A stretch of 64,000 bases of DNA, taken from NCBI GenBank assembly GCA_964016885.1, contig OZ024742.1:357120001-357184000 (forward strand). The letters are read 5' to 3'. The position numbers were made by a program, and so were the translations under genes. Positions 22,071 through 36,496 of the stretch are shown here, piece by piece. Positions within the stretch are counted from its first letter, which is position 1. Every line of letters begins with the position of its first letter. This stretch comes from Eledone cirrhosa. Its lineage: Eukaryota. A model generated the notes under the pieces. It did no database searches, was not told where the DNA came from, and saw only the letters and a list, made by a program, of their open reading frames with translations.

Positions 22071-22774
22071 TAAATATTTGCAAAACTTTTAAATATTTGC
22101 AAAACAGCAAAGGAATATGCAACTTTCAGGAAGTGAACAATCTTTAGATCACTTTTTTCTACCATTATGGCAAAAATTACAGCGTGCTTTTTAATGTATT
22201 GAGTTAGCTTGATGTCTGTCGTAATATATCTGAAAAGAAATGATAATCAGAAAAAGTTAGAAAAAAGTTAGTCCTATTAAAATACAAAGAACTGAGCAAC
22301 CTGTGTATATATGTGTGTGTGAATATTTGCGTTTGCATGTATTAAATTTATAAATAGAAATCCGTTAGAGGTGCAGATTTTTCACATTTATCCTCCCTCT
22401 CCTCCTCCTCCCTCTTCTTCTTCTTCTTCTTGTTCTTCTTGTTCTTCTTCTCCTTCAAATATGAAATATCTTGTTCGTGGAACTTCAAGATGTAATAATT
22501 GTTTCTACTATTGGCACAAGGCCAGCAATTCACCAGTACATTACTGGTACTTTATTTTATCGACCCTGTAAGGATAAAAGGGAAAGTTAACCCGCCAAGG
22601 TTAACTTTGCCTTTCACCCTTACGGGTGTAATAATAAGGATCTGAATTTAGTCACAGATAGTAGAAATACAAATGTTTTGATGTAGCCAGACTTTTGATG
22701 TAGACAGACTTTATTAGATAGTAGTTAGAATGAAAATCATGCGAAATGATACCAGACTACTCAGATATATGTAT

Positions 22775-23160
22775 GTTATGTCAGGTTGCTCTTTAGTGCT
22801 ACTGGTAACATGTTACCCAGTACAACCTGTGCATAGTCAGATTGTCGGCAACTAAACCGGCAACCCTCCCAATCTTGCTTGGCGAGGAGGGTGATTTTGG
22901 ACACCTTGTGGGATGAAAAACAAAACCCATCAAAGCGTGGAGAATACAGGAGAGTCAATGGCCATCCAATAAAGTTTTTTTTTTTTCAAGAGAAAGACTC
23001 CTAGTCTTCATTAAGACATCTCTCTGGGAGACGGTCACTCAGATATAACCTTCAACGTTTTTGCATTCAATGATGTCGACCAGTTGTTCAGAGAGTTGGC
23101 CCCATGCAAAGCCTTTTCTCACTTAAAAAAGCCTCAAGCACAGGCATCACTTGATGTGTG
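22775..23160 (+). mobile_element. Probable non-autonomous RTE-type element or 5' UTR remnant; related piece at 47340-47408
   Basis: Shares aaaacaaaacc..gagtcaa(t/c)ggc(c/t)atccaa with 47346-47400, and cacttaaaaaa..cacaggcat with the element at 4781-5140. Confidence 0.45.
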
Positions 23161-23344
23161 GCATTTTTTTCTTTTCTTTTAGCTATGCATTGTATTGCTG
23201 GCCATAGGTAAGTCCCTAGCTGGACTAAAAAGCCACATCTGTGATGCTTATGTTTAAGTATCAAGCGATGGCATTACTTGAAATTGAGTTGCAGCCATCA
23301 TATATGTATGTATGCATGTATGTATATATGTATATATACATATG

Positions 23345-23842
23345 CTGTTTACTTGAGAGAGGATTATGTTGGTATGGTTATGTGATGCACATCAATGACG
23401 ACAGCTGTATAAACAAGTGCAGGGCGATCAAAATTGATGCAATTTACAGAGTAGGTAGACCCAGAAAAACCTGGGACAACATGATAAAATCTGACCTTGT
23501 ACACTTACACCTCTCTAACACAATGTCACTGGATCGAGATCTTTGGCACCACGCAGTAATACAGAAGACCCGCCTCCCCTACATACAAAGTTAACCTACA
23601 GTCAGTAGGCACCTCAACCCACTACCCCTACTCCACCCTCCCACTCCCACCAACACCACCCTTTCTCTGTAAAGTTATGTTGGTACCACAACATCCAGTC
23701 TACACTAAAGAGTGTCACGACAAAAAAAAACACACATTTCACGCTGTAAAGTCATTGTGTAGGAGAAACGGTAAAAAGGTTCCCAGTTCACACTGTAAAT
23801 GTGATTGGTGTTAGGAAGGGCATCCAGCCATAGAAAACCTCA
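23345..23842 (+). mobile_element. RTE LINE 3' fragment
   Basis: CCLLERGLCWYGYVM..RPRKTWD.. followed by the 3' UTR. Confidence 0.85.
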
Positions 23843-24279
23843 GGTACAGTCCAATATGAGTGACATTGAGGACATTTGTTTTGAAAGACTTATTTTTCAG
23901 TGAGTTCTCAATCAGCTGACACAAACCTACATTTGGCGCAAAATCAATTTTTAACATTCACATGACCTCTACCGACCAATCAAAATTGTTTTGACCACAA
24001 GAATTTTTGCAACACTAATTGGTGCACAGCTTATTTTAATACTGCTGGAGCCACTTTTTTAACATAAAAAACAGGTAGAATTTCCAAAACTAATCAGATT
24101 AGAGCAAACATCATGGACGCTCTATCTCAAAATTATTTTTGAAAAGCATTAGAAATGCGCAACCGATAAAACTTAAAACCAAAACTGAATACTAACCAAT
24201 ACCATTACTAATTCTCACTTATTCCTAATTAAACTATTTTTCACTGTGAACAATTTGTCAGCATTTTCTTTTCCGTTTA

Positions 24280-24319
<40 letters not shown>

Positions 24320-24403
24320 GAAGTTATATTTAATTTGTTGGGATACAACAAGCAAATATTTTTATAACTGATATAAAGCACTCAACAAATTTTTGGAGTA
24401 AAA

Positions 24404-24742
24404 ATACAATATATTAACAAATGGAAACTATATTTATAAAACCATATTTATTTCATTATACATATTTCAAGGACCCCAAAGCGAATTATGGTGCACTTTC
24501 ATCAGATAAAATATAATATACATCAGTTTTATAAACAAATATTGACATACCCTTATCCGGCAGCTTCCAACAGACATGGTCGCATTCTTTTAAGGGTATG
24601 TCAATATTTGTTTATAAAACCGATCTATATTATATTTTATCTGATGAAAGCGCACCATAATTCGCTTTGGTATCCTTGAAATATGTATAATGAAATAAAT
24701 ATGGTTTTATAAATATAGTTTCCATTTGTTAATATATTGTAT
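24404..24742. repeat. 152-bp inverted repeat (35-bp spacer), each arm with an HHR-like core
   Basis: 24404-24555 vs 24591-24742. CTGATGA-AAG..CTT-GAAA-TATG-TA at 24641-24687, mirrored at about 24459-24505. Stem I is imperfect. Confidence 0.85.
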
Positions 24743-25548
24743 ATATGTATATATATAACATACACAATACAATCATGAACCTTACTACATACAATAATAC
24801 AACAAAACAAAAACAATGAACTTGTGATGTGTAATGTTCTACTACACCGGCCCTAGTGGCCAATAAAGAAATGATTATTTTCATTAGGAAATATAATGTT
24901 TTTGAATTAATCCTAATTACATATTATTTGCTAATCATAATAGTGTTACTGTCATTCTTCCATACTCATTGTAATTTTCCTAACTCGGTGACCCTAACCT
25001 CACTGCTTGAACTGACAACTATTTCTTTTTAAAGCTGTTGATCTTCAACATTTAAATTGCTGACACTCGATTAAGGAATTCAAAACTTCACATGATCCTT
25101 TTGAAATTTTGAACTACACGTATTTTAGCACCAAATCAGCTTTTTATATTAGAATGGCATCTTCTCAACTTTCCTTTGAAGCCCAATTTTCTCCTCCAAA
25201 GTTTTTGAGTATGTGATATGATAGAAATCTCAAATAACAGTATTTCTATATTTTTTTATGACATTTACAGTTTTATCGAATGAGATGTTTCTATTGGAAA
25301 TTTTCTTCAACCAACATCATTTTCCCAATAAGTGTAATAAAAACACAGCAACAAAGTCACAGCTTTTTCGTATGGTAACCCATATGAATCATCATTACCA
25401 CAAAGAGAATCTTTCCATGACAAATCAATTCATCTCACAGATGTCTCTTTATACATTTTCAGTAAAGATAATTTCTGTATCTTTGCTTTTAAAATTTTTA
25501 GTATTTACAACAGATTTGTGGCTCCATAAATACATAGAGCTATAAACA

Positions 25549-25650
25549 CAGGGTTCCCCACATAATGTATACACTCTTTGATTACCTGTACAGGCAATAT
25601 TTATTTGAAGGCTGTTGAGGAGTGTATATATTTTTGGGGGACATCCCGGA
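25549..25650. mobile_element. Small Tc1/mariner-type MITE remnant
   Basis: cagggttccccacataatgtatacact ... agtgtatatatttttgggggacatcccg imperfect TIRs. Confidence 0.5.
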
Positions 25651-26204
25651 TTTGTGGGTCTATAAATGCATACATACATCTATATATATTTATTGGTCTA
25701 TAAATGCATATATTTATATATATTATGATGCTGCAATGCTATTTGCTATACATATGAGATATTTTTCTGTGCTGCTGCCACAAATAATGCACCTAGTTGA
25801 CCCTGTTAAGTGCTAGTGTTTGTGCCATAATAAAATTCATCCAGTCCACTTTTATAATGGTAGTGCTATTGACATGAAAGATGAACCCATCGCAGCCTGT
25901 AAGGTTGATGGCCTTAGAAAGAGTATTCAACCATACAAACCATGCCAAATATTAAAGATATCATGCATGATAGGGTACACCGACCTGACTGGTCTCAGAT
26001 CATAACAACCTATCTAATCCATAATCATTAGTATGGAAAGGAGAGATAATACAGTGATGACTTTTGACTTATAGTTTTTCTGTATTTACATTTTCTAATT
26101 TTAATCATACTTGGGTATTCTTTCAGTTTACATATTTCTTAGGATTAAAATGCAACCTCGGTTGTTCTGCATCTGCTGCTTCTACTCATATAAGCAAATA
26201 TAAA

Positions 26205-26938
26205 ACAGAGAGGGCTGGATGGGGTGCAAATGGGACAATTGTCCCGGGCTCCCTGGTGCATGTAGGGTCAGCACCAGTGACAGCCAGAACAATTTATTTG
26301 TGCCCTCTGCTGGAATTTTGAGTTTTATGGGCCTCACAACCAACAGCCGGAGCAATTTATTTGTGCCCATTTTAATTTTAGGATGGTTAGATTTTGAAAT
26401 TTAATACCTGTATGTATAACTTTTCAATTCCAATTACTTGTGCCAGCTGACTTTGATATGTAAAATTGGGGGTTTGCTGTATCATCATCATCATTTTACG
26501 TCCGCTTTTCCCTGCTTGCAAGGGTGGAATGGGTCCTATTCAGTACAGCATCTCTCCACTTGTCACAGTCCTTTGTCATCTCCTCGGTGAGTTTCAGCGA
26601 TCTGAGGTCTGCTCTCACCACCTCCGTCCATGTTTTTTGTGGTCTTCCTCGACTATGTCTTCCTTTTACTGGGATTTCTTGACACTTCTTTACCCAGCTG
26701 TCATCCTCCATGCACATCACATGTCCATACCATCTCAGTCTTCTCTCCTGCACACCACAACTTATCCCTCTTATACCCAGTTTCTCTCTCGACTCATCTA
26801 TGCTTGGTTGTTCACGCACATTGACATTGCACATCCAACGGAGTATGCTTGCTTCATTTCTCTCCAGCTGTCGCTGTATATATCCTCCACCACCACCAAA
26901 AAAAAAACAGGCCCCTCAAGGTCTGAACCTGGTCCTGA
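26205..26938. mobile_element. hAT-like MITE (also 32892-33182 and 50395-50919), interrupted by an RTE fragment
   Basis: Shared body atttaatacctgtatgtataacttttcaattccaattacttgtgc..aaaattgggggtttgc, with CAG(G/A)..GGAT-like termini. Confidence 0.55.
26481..26876 (-). mobile_element. RTE LINE 3' fragment
   Basis: ORF 26496-26834: [17 protein letters not shown]; (GAT)n tail. Confidence 0.9.
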
Positions 26939-27098
26939 TAACAGCTATTGTTTTTCTTGCAATCTCTAATGTGCATATTTATGTGGTAACTGGACATTTC
27001 ACAAATAGCTCATAGTACAGGTTAATTTTTCTGCAATACTGATGTCACTATCCATGTCACCTTTCTCATAGGAAAGTTCACATAGCTCATTTGTAGCT

Positions 27099-27317
27099 GG
27101 CATTTACATTACTCTATATTTACTATTACATTTTCATGGTAAAGGCTTTACCTCACATAATTATCTCACACAATATCAAATCTATGAGATTTTTATATTA
27201 TTTACTTTGAGAACAATACCTTAACATCAGTATGAGAGGCCGGTTACTGCCGGTTTGAGCAGAAAGAGGTGAGAGAATTCTGGCCAGATACAGCCAGTTT
27301 AAATGCTAAAGGGTTAA
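27099..27317. mobile_element. piggyBac-type MITE (opposite orientation)
   Basis: Reverse complement of the 6406-6621 family; ends AAAGGG-TTAA. Confidence 0.75.
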
Positions 27318-27460
27318 ATCATTACATATATTTATAGAGTTGTGATTTTGTTATTTCCCCAACTCACCATTTAATTTTTCATTGGGAACAACTATTTATT
27401 ATACAAACATAAATGGTTTTAATAAGTGGCAAATTTTATATTTATTTATGGTTTTATTAT

Positions 27461-27765
27461 ATCAACTATAGTGGCGATTTAGCAGAACAATTAGGATCCT
27501 AGATAGAAAGCTTTGTGGTATTTGTTCTCTATGGGAATGGAGAGCATAGCTGAGATATACTACATTGGCATGGAGAACAGTCAGCAATAACCACAGCATC
27601 AACTATGTCAACTATAGTGGGGAATTTGCAGAGCCATTAGAATCCAAGATAGAATACCTCGTGGTATTTGTTCTCCATGGGTATGCAGTATACTTCAACT
27701 GTGCACTGCTCAGCTGAGTTATATCACATTGCCATGGACAACAGCCAGCAACAACCACTGCATTG
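27461..27765 (+). repeat. Diverged tandem duplication (about 150-160 bp unit) with a SINE-head-like start
   Basis: tcaactatagtgg..gatagaa..gtggtatttgttctc..agctgag..cattg.catgga.aacag.cagcaa.aaccac.gcat occurs twice. Confidence 0.7.
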
Positions 27766-28907
27766 ATCAGTCAACCTCACAGGGCTCCTTCTTTTGATGA
27801 GATGCACTTCTTTTAATTTTGTGGAAGAAAACAGCAGTTAGATGTGGCTGATGTGAATTCCTCATAGTCTACATTAGTTGCCACATCTAGGTATTTTACC
27901 TGCATCCCATTCTTTTCCTAACAAGTATTATGCTATTAGATGCTGTTACTGTATTGTAAAATATACCCTTCAAAATGGGAGTTAATATACTGGTTATTGA
28001 TTCAACATACTATATTAGTGTCATTTTGAGATTTTCTGGTAACATAACCATAAATGACATTACTGATAAACAGATATGTCTTTCATTTCTGATCTCTTGC
28101 TATAGAGCTCTGTAAATTCCTTGGGATTGTATCCCTGGTTATCAATCAGGGAATATATTCTGAGAAGCTCCTTTCCAGCTCACATGATAATATTGTCTTA
28201 TGTATAGATAGTTGATTGATGGATATATTTCAATTCTTGGTGATTAGCAGTTGTTGTAGAAGATAAATTCTGCAACATTCAAAGGCTTTATGAATTTATA
28301 TTAAGTGTGTGTCTTCCTGCTTTGTTGTAAGGAAGATGTATGTATGGATGACTGAATTAATTGATTGACAGAAGGGCTTGTGAGGATCATGGAGATTGCA
28401 TCCCCTCATTTTACTAATAAAATAAATATATATATGCACATCTTTATATGAATTGTGTAGATTACTGCTGTGTATTAGTAATATGTCTAAAGACACAATA
28501 TCTTACACTAGAGAACTTTTAATATTTTAAATGCTCGTATTTGCATGCATGCACAGACAGGGATACACACACACACACACACAAGAGCAACAATAATAAC
28601 AACAGCAACAAATGCTAGTAAAGTAGACCATGTTCTTACATAATTTCTGCTCTAGCAGCCCACCAAAACACAATATTTCACAATAGACTACTTTAAATAC
28701 TCTTATTTAAATTCATGCACACACCGAGGTACACACAACAGCCACAGCATCAACAACACTTGATATTAAAGTAGACCAAGGCAATCAGAGTTTTGTCCCA
28801 TATTCAGAAGCACACTACAACTGATATATTGAACAGTGAGGTTTGTATGTCCAGTCATAATAAAATATCTTTGGTAAATGTTTGACAAAAACACACTTCA
28901 TATTTTA

Positions 28908-29297
28908 TAATAATTGTTTCTACTTTTGGCACAAGGCCAGCAATTACCCAGTATATTACTGGTACTTTATCTTATCGACCTCATATGGATGAAAGGCAAA
29001 GTTAACCTCGGCGGGAGTTGAACTCAGATCGTAAAGGGATGTAACTATGCTGGAAAGAATGTCCAACCCTCTACCGATACTGTCAATTCACTTTTTATAT
29101 TTTATAATAATTGTTTCTACTTTTGGTACAAGGCCAGCAATTTCCCCAGTGTATTACTGGTACTTTATTTTATCGACCCCCGTAAAGGATGAAAGGCAAA
29201 GTTAACCTCGGCGAGATTTGAACTCAGAATGGCAAGGGCTGTAACCCAATGCGTCAAAGTTTGGCGTCCGACCCTCTACCGATACTGCCAATCCACA
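28908..29297 (-). mobile_element. Two tandem family-A tRNA SINEs
   Basis: 28908-29090 and 29105-29297 are both reverse complements of the family-A body. Confidence 0.85.
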
Positions 29298-29567
29298 ATA
29301 ATAAATAATAATAATAATAAAATTATTGTGTACAGTGCTCAGGTGCACTACAACTCATCAAAGGTGTATGTATAGTACATAGAATAATGTACAAATGTCA
29401 AGGAAGTGAATAATGTATGAGTCATGATATACATATATGCATGTGTATGGGTGGACGAATATTAGGTGTAGTGTTGGCGAATCTCAGGAAGCATGGCGGT
29501 TTTAAAGGATGCAGTGTCTCGACAGCTAACAACTGATGCAGGTAGTTTGTTCCATGCTTCAGCAACT
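29298..29567 (-). mobile_element. CR1 3' end fragment
   Basis: Matches 16437-16697 and 31018-31280. Confidence 0.85.
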
Positions 29568-30118
29568 CATTATCATCACCATTATCATCATCATCATCAT
29601 CATCCAATTTCTATGCTTGTATTGGTTAGACAGGCTGCTATGTTCTGAGGCTAAATAGGTCAGATGCCTGTGTCTTACTCATATGTTCCATTCTGACATA
29701 GTTTCTACAGCTGGATATCCATCCAAACGCCAACCACTTCATGGCACCTACTGGGTGCATTTATTATGGCACCACTATTACCACCTTGATGAGTGACATT
29801 ATCGATTGAGGCATCTAAATATCTTTTTCATTTTAAATTCAGAGGTCAGTCCAACATCATCTGATTTTTTCTCATGCCATTGTCTTCTTTTAACTCAACA
29901 TTTTGTTCCATATATTTTGTGGATATTTTGTCGATATTTTGTGGATATTTTTGTCTGCTTGTATGTATGTGTGCAAAACTATGAATTAAACAAACAATTT
30001 AAAAGCAAATTCTAAGAGTAAATCTGTTTGCTAAATTTCTCAATATAATAAATCTAGAGCAGAGCTTTCCAATCACACACCAACATACTTTTTGCAGATA
30101 TAATTTTCCTTTAATGTA

Positions 30119-30705
30119 ATTGGTCACGTGATGTGCATGAAAGATGACAGCTGCATAAAAAGTGCAGTGCGATCAAAATTGATGGTAGTTACGGAGTAGG
30201 TGGACCCAGAAAAACCTGGGATGATCTGATAAATTCCGACCTCACACACTTACATCTCTCTAAGACAATGTCTCTGGACGGAGATCTTTAGCGTTATGCA
30301 GTAATACAGAAGACCTCCCTTGCCTATGTACAAAGCGAAACCTACAGTCAGTAGGCACCTCTTAACCAAATATACACCACAATCCACTACCCCTACCCTA
30401 TCCTCCCACTCCCACCAACAGCACAAGAAAATGAGATCGAGATCGTGTAGGTGTCACGACAAAAAATATACACAGTCCACGCTGTAATGTGGCCGTGTAG
30501 GTAACATGGTAAAAAGTTCCCAGTTCCACACTGTAAATGTGGTTGGTGTTAGGAAGGTTATCCAGCTGTAGAAAACCTGCCAGATAGTCCTATATGAGCG
30601 AGACACGGTCACCCAACCAGCCTTGCCTCAAGTGGATAACTCCCGTCTAACCCATGCTAGCGTGGAAAATGGACGTTAAACGAAGATGATGATGATGATG
30701 ATGAT
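30119..30705 (+). mobile_element. RTE LINE 3' fragment
   Basis: tggtcacgtgatg..acccagaaaaacctggg, 3' UTR and (GAT)n tail. Confidence 0.88.
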
Positions 30706-31017
30706 TTGGTGTATTAATTTAATTAATACGCCATTAATAAAAGGAATTTAATTGGCACACAAGATGTTTGTGGTTGTATGACTACTTATATTTGATTGTG
30801 AGGTAGTGTATATACATGTTCTTGTGTGTTTGTTGTTGTGTGGTGTCTTTAGATTTGCTATAAATCAGAGCAAATATAATGTCAGTATTTGTATGATCTA
30901 TTGTTGCAAAAGAGAGGAAAGAATACTAACACATAAGGTTTAAGTTATGAGGTGAAATATTTTTCACCTCAGATCAGCTCATCAATTGATTTAAACAATC
31001 AGACATCCATCCTTTAA

Positions 31018-32474
31018 ATAATAATAATGAAAATATTGTGTACAGTGCTCAGGTGCACTACAACTCATCAAATAGTGTATGTATCGTACATAGGGTAATG
31101 TACAAACGTCAGAAAAATGAACAGTGCATGAGCCATGATATACACATGTGTGCATGTGTATGGAAGTGGTACATCAGGTGTAGTTTTGGCGAATTTCAGG
31201 AAGCATGAGGGTTTTAAAGGATGCAGTGTCTCAGCAGCTAACAACTGACATAGGCAGTTTGTTCCATGCTTCAGCAACTCTGAGCGTGAAAAAATGTTTC
31301 CGAAAGTCATGGGAACTGTGCTTTTTTCTGATTTTGTAGGCATGTCCACATGTGTTAGACATATGGAGATCAAAAGGGTGCTCAGGGTTGTTGTTGGCGA
31401 GATGGTTAATAACTTTGTGGGTATTTACCAAGTCCATTGCCAGACGTCGGAGCTTTAATGAATCCATGCCCAGGGAAGCAAGACGTTCAGAGTATGGTAG
31501 GTCTCTGGTGAAGGGTATGCGCTTGGTTGCACGTCTCTGAACAGTTTCCAGGAGGTCAATGTTCTGAGCAAGATAGGGGTTCCAGATTAATGATTCGAAT
31601 TCCAAGTGTGGTCGTACAATAGCTGTTTACAGCTTTAAATAGATGGCTGGAGAGCGGCTAACAAAGGTCTTGCTGAGTGATGCCAGGACACCCTCGGCCT
31701 TCTTGACAATCTTAGAGACATGCTTTGTCCAACGCAAATCGCTGCTGACAGTAATGCCAAGGTCACATTCACAAGAGGACTTCTTGATATCAGTGTTGTG
31801 GACGCTGGATTTTTCCTCCCAAAATGCATGGTGGTACACTTGTCCACAGCCTGCTTTAGTTGCCAGTCTGTGATGCATTGCTGCATTGTGTCCAGGTGGA
31901 TTGTAGGGAAGAGTTGTAGATTTCAGGATCAGTCCTTTTGATTGCAAGGTACAGCTTTATGTCATCTGCATATTTCAGTACCGTGGCATTCTTAAGTTGG
32001 CATCTATGTCATTAATATATGCCACAAACAAAAGTGGACCAAGAACAGATCCCTGTGGTATACCAGATGATATCTCATATGGTGAAGAATGCTGTCCTAG
32101 AACCATGACTACCTCTTTTCGTTTGAGAATGAAGGATTTCAACTAGTTAAAAAGATCATCCCTCACACCCACTGCAGAGTGTTTCACCATAAGTCTTTTG
32201 TGTGGAAAAGAATTAAAAGCCTTAGCGAAGTCAAGGTAAACAACATCCACCCATGAGCCGCTGTCAGTGATCCGAGTAATGTCTTCAAGGAACTCGATAA
32301 ACTGATCACAGCAGCTGGAGTTAGGGATAAATCCAAACTGCGAGAGCCGGATGAGGCTGTGAGAGCTCCAGAAGTTCCAAAGTGTTTCTCTGACACAGGA
32401 TTCCATCAGTTTGGCAATACAGCTAGTAAGACTGACTGGACGATAGTTGACAGGCAACGTGCGGTCGCCCTTTT
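31018..32474 (-). mobile_element. CR1-clade LINE, 5'-truncated, decayed RT
   Basis: NYRPVSLTS, QFGF, VDVVYLDFAKAF, GIPQGSVLGPLLF, YADD, LETVQRRATK; frameshifted. Confidence 0.93.
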
Positions 32475-33496
32475 TAACATGATACTTTCACACACATGGA
32501 CACACACATGTTGTTCAATGTTCTTTCAATCTTAACACTAATAAACACAACATAAATTCTATAAATGTAATACACAACATTTGCAGTAGTTTACAAATAA
32601 ACATTCCCAACCACTTTGTGTACTTAATTAAAGTACATTAAAGCAAAACGTTTTAAATTATTTTCCTCTAAATTCTATTGACTGAAAAAAGAATTATGAT
32701 CATTACTTTGATTTTTAATTCAAAATATCTTGAAATTTTCTGCCGACGTTTCCTTTTTGTATATTTAATTAAAATGAGCAATGAGAAATTTCTCTCAATC
32801 TACTCAGCATGTTGTGCTAATAAATACAGAATTTTAGTATGCCATTATCATTTCAAGCAATGGGTTTACTAAACTAACTTACTGTTATGGCCAGAGCCAG
32901 ATTTAATGGCATGGGTGGGCAAAGAGGGGAATTGTTCTGGCCCCCCTTGCAGTGTGTGGGGTGTGGCACTAGCGATGGCCATAGCTGGGCCTTTTAGTTT
33001 TAGGATAGATAGAATTTTTTAATTTAATACCTGTATGTATAATTCTTCAATTCTAATTACTTGTGCCAAGCTAACATTGATATGTAAAATTGGGGGTTTG
33101 CCGTGTATTCTAATTTTTCGTGTAGGAGGGACCCCCTAAACCTGAAGTGTCCCAGGTCCCCCAAAGTCTATATCCAACTCTGATTATGAGTTAGAATATT
33201 TTATTTATAAGGGAAATATTGTCAATCCAAAGGATTTTATCTGTTTGTTGAAAGTAAACCGAGTAAATAAAGTATCATTCACTTTTTTTGTTGTTGTTAT
33301 GAAATGATTTAATCAACCAATCAGCTGCCACCACATTAGTTGGTGCAGACTACATAAGTGGCCATAACTTGTATTGTCAATGGAGATTGGAATAAAGCCT
33401 TATAACTTCTTACTACTGTGAATTAGTTGTGCAGTTGTTACTTCATCTCATAAGTTCACATTTACTTCTATTCAGCAGATAGAGTTTATTTGCTAT

Positions 33497-33933
33497 CTAA
33501 CCCATTAGCATTTAAACTGGCTGTATCCATCCATAATTCTCAGCTCTTTCTGTTCAAACCATCCATAACCAGCTACTCATACTGATGTTAAAGTATTTTT
33601 CTCAAAATAAACAATATCAAAATATTTGCAAGCAGGGAAAAGCAGACGTAAAATGATGATGATGATGTAGATTCAATATTATTGTTTCTACTATTGGCGT
33701 GGGGCCGGCAGTTGTCCCAGTGTATTGCTGGTGCTTTGTTTTATTGACATATAGGATGAAGTGCAAGGTTGCGGTGGGATTTGAACTCAGACCATAAAGG
33801 GCCGTAACTCTTTGCTGGAAAGCATGGCGTCCGACCATCTACTGATATTGCCAATCCACAATTATGTGAGGTAAAGTGTATACCTCAAAAATGCAATGGT
33901 TTATATAGAGTGATGTAAATGCTAAAGGGTTAA
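33497..33933. mobile_element. piggyBac-type MITE with a nested RTE tail and a family-A SINE (33680-33860, minus)
   Basis: MITE termini with the insertions inside. Confidence 0.75.
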
Positions 33934-34334
33934 ACATCAAATATAAGCCTTTTGTGTTCATATTAGTGGTTTCATTGGTTTTCTAACAGCCAAATTCTGC
34001 TATATATGTGTGTGTTTGACTGTGCATTCCATCTACTCCTTAAATTCTGAAGACAAAACAGCTCAATGGATTAATGACATGCAACACAGGTGAATATCAG
34101 GGCTTGATGCTCATCTTAGTGTACTATCAACTTTTGTCTCCTACCTCCTTATTATAAGTGTGTAGCTAATTAAGATATGAGACTAACATTCTGCTGAGAT
34201 CCTTCTTTATAAGCAAACAAAAGTTTGTTAATAATTATATTTTAGACATTAACTTTATTACAGTCTAAGTTGATCACTAGTTAACTGTTTCTTTTTCATT
34301 CATCTTTATTATATCAGCAAATGCAGCAACACCA

Positions 34335-34946
34335 TCATCATCATCGTTTAACATCTATCTGTCACACTAGCATGGGTTAGACGGGAGTTGTCCCACTTGA
34401 GGCGAGGTTGGTCAGGTGACCGTGTCTCGCTCGTATAGGACTATCTGGCAGATTTTCTACGGCTGGATGCCCTTCCTAACACCAACCACATTTACAGTAT
34501 GAACTGGGAGCTTTTTTACCGTGTTACCTACACAGCCACTTTACAGCGTGGACTGTGTTTTTTTTTTGTCGTGACACCTACATGACCTCTTTAGTTTGGA
34601 CTGGATGTTGTGGTACCAACATAACTTTATAGAGAAAGGGGGTGTTGGTGGGAGTGGGAGAGTGGAGTAGGGGTAGTGGGATGAGGTGTATATTTGGTTA
34701 AGAGGTGCCTACTGACTAGGTTTCGCTTTGTACATAGGCAGGGTGGGTCTTCTGAATGGTGCCAGAGATCTCGGTTCAGTTACATTGTCTTAGAGAGGTG
34801 TAAGTGTGTAAAGTTGGAATTTATCAAATCGTCCCAGGCTTTTCTGGGTCTACTTACTCCCTAACTGCCATCAATTTTGATTGCCCTGCACTTTTTTTAT
34901 ACAGCTGTCGTCTTTCATGCACATCACGTGACCATACCAACGTAGT
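34335..34946 (-). mobile_element. RTE LINE 3' fragment
   Basis: Reverse complement of the 30119-30705 type. Confidence 0.88.
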
Positions 34947-35224
34947 CATATCTATACAAAAGAAAAGTAATGTACATCTTATAGGTCTTGCTACAGTGAA
35001 TATCTTAAATATGTTAAGAGAGGTCTTACAATATTTTGTGTACCATCAAAGGTTGGTCATATAGGAGAAATTTTTAAAGATACTTCTACTTATCCAAGTT
35101 ACATAACCAGCCTAAGTAAACTGAGTCTGGCTATACATTATAGAATATCCCTCCAGGTATACCCTCAAATATTATGCAATCAATACTTAGGAAGTATATC
35201 CATTTATTCAGAGGTCTTGGTCCT

Positions 35225-35555
35225 CAAATGCGATGACACAGGTACAAGACCTCTGGCATTATGCAGTAATACAGAAGACCTGACTTTCCATGGATACAAG
35301 CTGAAGCTTAAGCATATAGACAGTATACCCCTCTCCCATTCTAAAGTGGTTGTGTATGTGTCACGACAAAAAAGCACCCAGTACTCTCTGTAAATGAGGT
35401 TGGTGTTGGGAAGGGTGTCCAGCTGTAGAAGTCAAGCCAGAATCAGTTCCTGTATGAGCAAGACAAGGTCAGCTGACTGGACACTGCCCACAACAGGACA
35501 ACTCGTTTAACCCATGCTAGCATGAAAGAAAGGAGGTAAAAGGTGACGATGATGC
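35225..35555 (+). mobile_element. RTE 3' end fragment
   Basis: Matches about 38605-39000. Confidence 0.75.
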
Positions 35556-35949
35556 AAATTATGGTGAGCCCAGGTCTCAGCTTCTTAGACCTTGAAAGAA
35601 CTTTACTTAGATACACATCCATTTTACCCAATAACATGCTAAAAAAAGCAAGAAAAAATAACAACAATAAATAGCAGGTAAAACATTTTCATTACCTTCA
35701 TTTTACTGTCTATTTCCCATTGTCTTAACCTTCTTAAACATATATTTTTTTACATTATATGCTAAATAATGTTATCTACTTGCTTGCGAGCATGAGCACT
35801 GTACATGTTGACAATCTCATGAATACTCCAAATGTAATATTCAAATGTTGTAATGTGACTAAGTTGTGTAATGGATTCTCTATTGTTCTGTATTTTAAAG
35901 ACCTTCACAAGACAGTCAGGATTTTATCTCTTGTCCTTGTAGATCATTG

Positions 35950-36169
35950 TTAACCCTTTAGAATTCACATTACTCTATATATATTTACTATTGTATTTTT
36001 GTGGTAAATGCTTTATCTTACATAATATCAAATCTATGTGATTTTGATGTTATTTATTTTGAGAACAATACCTTAACAACAGTATGAGTGGTCCGTTACT
36101 ATCAGTTTGAACAGATAGAGATGAGAGAATTCTGGCTGGATATGGCCAGTTTAAATGCTAAAGGGTTAA
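35950..36169. mobile_element. piggyBac-type MITE
   Basis: TTAA-CCCTTTAG ... CTAAAGGG-TTAA. Confidence 0.85.
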
Positions 36170-36496
36170 TCATTACATGCCAAAGACACTGAATAAGACA
36201 AAAGTTATTCTTCATATGATATTTGCAGCAATGGTCACCACATCGTGTGAACAAGATCAATAGATTATAGAATATTTCTTTGAAAAATTGCTTTTCATCT
36301 CACCATAAACCTGAAGAAAACAGACCTAATTCATGAATCTAAACCAAACCCTAAGTAAAGGGAAGAAGTAAACCTGACTAAGTATTCCTGTTTCCCCCAC
36401 AAATCACATAAAACTGGATCAGTATGATTTAGAATGTGTAAATTCAAATCCAAACCAAGTAGTGCATGTATGTATGTATGTATGTATGTATACATT

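Noticed and set aside
22160-22245. Acceptor-like sites on minus (TTTCTTTTCAG here; also about 36315 and 37645)
   Set aside because: All frames close quickly and no consistent gene model emerges.
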